DNA of 64,000 nucleotides from an uncultured Acidobacteriota bacterium (GTDB lineage Bacteria > Acidobacteriota > JAQAZP01): assembly GCA_963836075.1 (NCBI GenBank), contig CAWIIB010000001.1, positions 1,280,001-1,344,000 of the forward strand, read 5' to 3'. A program made the translations under genes and the position numbers. Of the stretch, positions 60,339 through 64,000 are shown piece after piece. Under the pieces are notes generated by a model. That model had not been told where the DNA came from and did no database searches. It saw only the letters and a program-made list of their open reading frames with translations. The stretch's first letter is position 1; each line of letters begins with the position of its first letter.

Positions 60339-61094
60339 TCAATCCGTGCCGCCGCCCAGGCCAAAATCGGACAGCAGCGGCGGCTCGGCGTCCGCCCGCT
60401 CCAGCAGGCGCAGGGCCGCCTCGATCACCGCGTGCTGCCGCGACGGACTGTCCGGTTTGTCCAGGGGATAGCCGTGGGCAAAGGGGACGAAGAGGGCCCG
60501 CGGCGGACGGACCTTCACCGCCGCCTCGCGCAGCAGGGCCAGGGCCACCGTGGAAATTCCGCGCCGTTCCAGCTCCGCCGCCACCAGGCTCACGGCCTGG
60601 TTGCAGAACGGTCAGACCGGCACCAGCAGCGCCACGTCCACGCCGTCGGCCTGCAGGGCCCGGGCCGCCTCGGGCGCCGTCCGCCGCACCAGCCGGCCCG
60701 GAGCGGTGATCGAACCCATCATCGAGAGGTGCCGCTGGTTCACCGATCCGATCCGTCCCGAGACCACCAGCTCCTCCGCCCGGTCCATGGGGAACGCGAG
60801 GTTGGGATCCTGGCGGATGCCGCTGTGGTCGAAGCTGTCGCTGCGGTGGCTCTCGTCCAGCGATTCCAGCCTGGTCTCCCGGGGGATGAACCGGAAACTG
60901 GGGTCACCGCCGCGGCCGCCGTGGAAGAGGTCCTGGCCCGGGGCGGTGAATCCGGCGCTGCTGACCAGGGCCAGACGGCAACGGTTGAGCGGTTTGCGCA
61001 ACGGCGTCCAGGGCACGGGATCGATCCGGCGCCAGGGGTAGATACGGAGCATGGTGCGCAGGGTCAGGGAGAACTCTTCGAGCCGGCCCATCAT
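60339..61094 (-). CDS. PrdB/GrdB-like selenoprotein (glycine/sarcosine/betaine/D-proline reductase selenoprotein B family), 251 aa with Sec161
   Basis: ORFs 60612-61094 and 60339-60593 are in frame across TGA 60614-60612, giving LLVPV-U-PFCNQAVSLVAAELERRGISTV; family motifs LALVSSAG, GDPSFR, DPNLAFP.DR, GVDVALL, PPRAL..PF..G.PL. Confidence 0.9.
60575..60611 (-). promoter_or_regulatory. Candidate bacterial SECIS element
   Basis: Directly 3' of the UGA: CCGUUCUGCA-ACCAGGC-CGUGA-GCCUGGU-GGCGGCGG, a perfect 7-bp upper stem with a G-containing loop and extendable lower pairing. Confidence 0.72.
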
Positions 61095-61534
61095 CCACCT
61101 CCAGTCCCGCTGCCCTCCATCGCGGCGATGAAACCGGGGGGCACCCGGGTAACCTTGCGCTCCCCGTAGTCGAAAAAGACAACACCGGTCTTGGCCCGGG
61201 CAGCTTCCTTGCCGCTGTTCCGGCTGGTGATGCGGTAGAAGAAGTCGCAGCCGCTGCGGCTCAGTTCACCCACTGCCACCTCGATGACCAGGCTGTCCCC
61301 GTGGAACACCTCGGAACGGTAGATCAGCATCGCGTCCACCATCAGCAGTCCCACACCGTCCACATCGTTCTCGGCATACCCCAGCTGACGGAGATAGCGC
61401 ACCCGCGCCTCGTGGACCAGGGAGAGCATGGAATCGTTGCCCAGGTGGCCGCCGTAGTTGATGTGGCCCACCTGAACCTCCAGTTCGGTGGAGAACGGGA
61501 ACAGCGCCGGCAGCTGGAGATTCAATCGGCCCAT
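61091..61534 (-). CDS. Hotdog-fold thioesterase (4HBT/YbgC-like)
   Basis: HINYGGHLGND...HEAR, YRSE.FHGD, T.VVFFDY. Confidence 0.88.
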   Translation of the reverse strand: MGRLNLQLPALFPFSTELEVQVGHINYGGHLGNDSMLSLVHEARVRYLRQLGYAENDVDGVGLLMVDAMLIYRSEVFHGDSLVIEVAVGELSRSGCDFFYRITSRNSGKEAARAKTGVVFFDYGERKVTRVPPGFIAAMEGSGTGGG

Positions 61535-61537
61535 CGG

Positions 61538-62932
61538 TCAGTTCCTCCCCGCCGGCGGCGAAGCAACGGCCTGCACGCGGAACGGCTGCAGTTTGCGGTA
61601 GGTCAGAGACCGCCAGAGCCATTCGGCCGGACCGAAACGGAAGCGCTCCAGCCAGGGCCGGCAGATGGCCAGCTGGATAACCCAGATGGCCAGCACCACG
61701 CCCATCAGCGGGAAACGGTTGACGCGGCCGAACAGCCCCAGGCCGTAACCGTAAAAAAGAAATGTGCAGATCAGCGTGTGCATCAGGTAGTTGGTCAACG
61801 CCATCCGGCCCACCGCCGCCAGCCGGCTGCGCAGTGCGGTAAACAGCCCGGCCTTGCAAACCAGCATCACCAGGCCCACATGGCCCAGGGAGACGAGAAA
61901 ACCGGCGACCAGATTGTAATGGCCGCCCAGGGAAAAGGTGTGGATGAAGTCGAACTCGTGGGCCTTGAGGTCCACAACACTCCAGACGGACAGCGGCAGG
62001 CCGAGGCCATAGCCCCAGAAAATCATCCCCCGGTAAAAACGGGAGGAGCGGTCCGCGGAAAAAACACCGCTCTTCATCAGTCCCATGCCGATGAGCATCA
62101 GGCCGCCCACGTGCCAGTAGACGTTGATGATCCCGGCGACGAGCTGCATGTTGAGCACCACGGGAAAGCGGTCGGCGAAGATTTCGCCGTAGGGGCCGGA
62201 CGAATAGAGATCTACCTCCTCCTGGAGTTGCTCCGGCGTGGGATAGTATTCCTTTTTCATCTCAGTCCAGGAGTCGAGCATCGATTGCTGCATGGCATCC
62301 AGATCCTGCCCCTCGGCCTCCAGCGCTTCCGCTTTCTGGGCGGTGTCGCGCATAAAGCTCATGAAGAGCCCCAGTCCGCTGCTCAGCGGAATTACCACCA
62401 GCATCAGCACGATCCCGGTGATCACCAGTGCCCGGGGGGAGAAACGGCGGAAGAAGTAGATCAGTAATCCGCACACCGCATAGGTGAAGAGGATGTCGCC
62501 GTACCAGAAGATGTAGGCGTGGACCATGCCGATCATCAGCAGCCAGAAACAGCGGCGGAACCAGATGCGGCCGAAACCTGAACCGCGCCGCCGGGCACGG
62601 TCGAACATCAGCACCACACCGGCGCCAAAGAGCATGGAGAAGATCGACATGAATTTCTGCTCGAAGAAGACGTGGGTCGCAAACCAGGTCCAGAGGTTGA
62701 CACCCTCCGCCCCGCCCCAGACCCGGGGATCGAAGTAAACCGCCCCGGGCAGGGCAAAGAAATAGATATTCATCACCAGGATGCCCAGCAGGGCGAATCC
62801 GCGCAGCGTGTCCACCGAATCGATGCGCTCGGCCTCGGCCACCGGTGCGCTCTCCGCGGGCAGGGTCTCCGTAACCGGGGACTCTCCGGAAAGATCGGGG
62901 GTCAACGGATCGCCGGGCAGCTGTTCTTCCAT
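61538..62932 (-). CDS. DUF418/YeiB family membrane protein
   Basis: RIDSVDTLRGFALLGIL.MN, KF.SIFSMLFGAG, WYGDIL..YA, GRMALTNYL, FRFGPAEWLWRSLTY. Confidence 0.9.
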   Translation of the reverse strand: MEEQLPGDPLTPDLSGESPVTETLPAESAPVAEAERIDSVDTLRGFALLGILVMNIYFFALPGAVYFDPRVWGGAEGVNLWTWFATHVFFEQKFMSIFSMLFGAGVVLMFDRARRRGSGFGRIWFRRCFWLLMIGMVHAYIFWYGDILFTYAVCGLLIYFFRRFSPRALVITGIVLMLVVIPLSSGLGLFMSFMRDTAQKAEALEAEGQDLDAMQQSMLDSWTEMKKEYYPTPEQLQEEVDLYSSGPYGEIFADRFPVVLNMQLVAGIINVYWHVGGLMLIGMGLMKSGVFSADRSSRFYRGMIFWGYGLGLPLSVWSVVDLKAHEFDFIHTFSLGGHYNLVAGFLVSLGHVGLVMLVCKAGLFTALRSRLAAVGRMALTNYLMHTLICTFLFYGYGLGLFGRVNRFPLMGVVLAIWVIQLAICRPWLERFRFGPAEWLWRSLTYRKLQPFRVQAVASPPAGRN

Positions 62933-63240
62933 ATTTTCACGTCTCCCGGGAGGCATTGGAAAGTGTTCGAATATCGCAGGTTATCGATTGATTCTAGGGG
63001 GTGAACCCGGCCGGGTCAAGCGGGGACCGAAGAACGCCGGGACGGTCTGAAAAAACATCAGGTTGTGCTGGCGACCGGGCCGGTCCCTCCCGGCGGTTCA
63101 CTTCTTTTCATGGACAATCAGGATAAAGATGAGTGCTTGACGGGAATCGGGCCCTGACCTATGTTTCAATGCAACAGATCTGATCGAAAGATAAGCAAAC
63201 CATGGGCACTGCGGGCCGGATGGCCACCAGGAGCAAAACC

Positions 63241-64000
63241 ATGCGCAAGATCACGCTGGCCGTTCTGGTGCTGTTCATCCTGTCCCCCACCGCCGCTGCT
63301 GCGGCCGTAATCCACGTTCCCGGGGACCAACCCACCATCCAGGCCGGCATCGACGCCGCATCACCAGGCGACACCGTGTTGGTGGCCAATGGCACCTACA
63401 CCGGCCCCGGCAACCGCGACCTCGACTTCAACGGCAAGTCGATCATCGTCACGTCGGAAGACGGCCCGGAAACCTGCATCATCGACTGCGATGGCCTGGG
63501 CCGCGGATTCCTCTTCCACAGCGGTGAGGACGAAGACGCGGTGGTCCAGGGCTTCACCATCCGCAACGGCTACCTGACCGATGGATCAGGGGCCGGTATC
63601 CGGATCACAACCGGATCCTCACCTGTGATCAACGGCTGTATCCTCACCGGCAATAATGCCGTCTACCCACGGAGCGGCGGTGCGGTCTGGGCCGACTCGG
63701 GACTGATCAGCGACTGCATCATCCAAAACAACCGGGCCGACGCCGGTGGTGGCCTGTCCCTGGGCGGCGATGCCGTGATCCACAACTGCCTGATCCTGAA
63801 CAACTGGGCCGACGAGGCCGGGGGTGGTGTGGTCACCGGATCCAGCGGAATGCCCACCCTCTCCCAGTGCACCATCACCGGCAACATGTCCGGGGAAGGC
63901 GGCGGCGGTCTGTTCGTGGGCTCCCTGGTGATGACCAACTGCATCGTCTGGGACAACTGGGCCTCCACCTATGGCGCCGACGGCTATGTCTGGGGTTGGA
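63241..64000 (+). CDS. Secreted right-handed parallel beta-helix (pectin-lyase fold) protein, truncated by window end
   Basis: MRKITLAVLVLFILSPTAAAAAVIHVPGDQPTIQAGIDAASPGDTVLVANGTYTG...GFTIRNG; GGA/GGG repeats; AGGAG RBS; no stop seen before 64000. Confidence 0.85.
   Translation, partial: MRKITLAVLVLFILSPTAAAAAVIHVPGDQPTIQAGIDAASPGDTVLVANGTYTGPGNRDLDFNGKSIIVTSEDGPETCIIDCDGLGRGFLFHSGEDEDAVVQGFTIRNGYLTDGSGAGIRITTGSSPVINGCILTGNNAVYPRSGGAVWADSGLISDCIIQNNRADAGGGLSLGGDAVIHNCLILNNWADEAGGGVVTGSSGMPTLSQCTITGNMSGEGGGGLFVGSLVMTNCIVWDNWASTYGADGYVWGW

Noticed and set aside
61083-61534. Selenoprotein and thioesterase both begin with MGRL
   Set aside because: The match is four residues long with no further similarity, so it is probably coincidence.

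Overview
A GC-rich bacterial chromosomal segment of about 54 genes, typical of an anaerobic peptide and amino-acid fermenter. I found no rRNA, tRNA, CRISPR array, transposase or prophage. In order it holds: a membrane Fe-S oxidoreductase-etfB-etfA-acyl-CoA dehydrogenase operon; a secreted pentaheme cytochrome c; an IscR-like Rrf2 regulator; a radical SAM/SPASM plus B12-radical SAM pair (candidate membrane-lipid modification) downstream of a NifU-C protein; an HprK-related kinase plus nucleotidyltransferase; tnaA; a receiver/PEP-synthase-like protein divergent from gdhA; a PPIase; a coupled SbcD/SbcC-like, two-PH-domain, RNase D operon; tricorn protease; Sir2; PilZ; an 8-gene glycosylation cluster (2 ArnT/GT39, 2 GT2, 2 B12-radical SAM, HpnK/ChbG deacetylase, methyltransferase); SulP; mobAB; glgC; an S9 peptidase; HEAT plus HD-GYP; and amino-acid catabolic genes. 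One gene is hidden in the ORF track: a stand-alone PrdB/GrdB-like selenoprotein with an in-frame UGA in a UxxC motif followed directly by a SECIS-like hairpin. About seven single-base frameshifts in otherwise intact genes suggest an unpolished long-read assembly. All family assignments come from motif recognition, not database searches.
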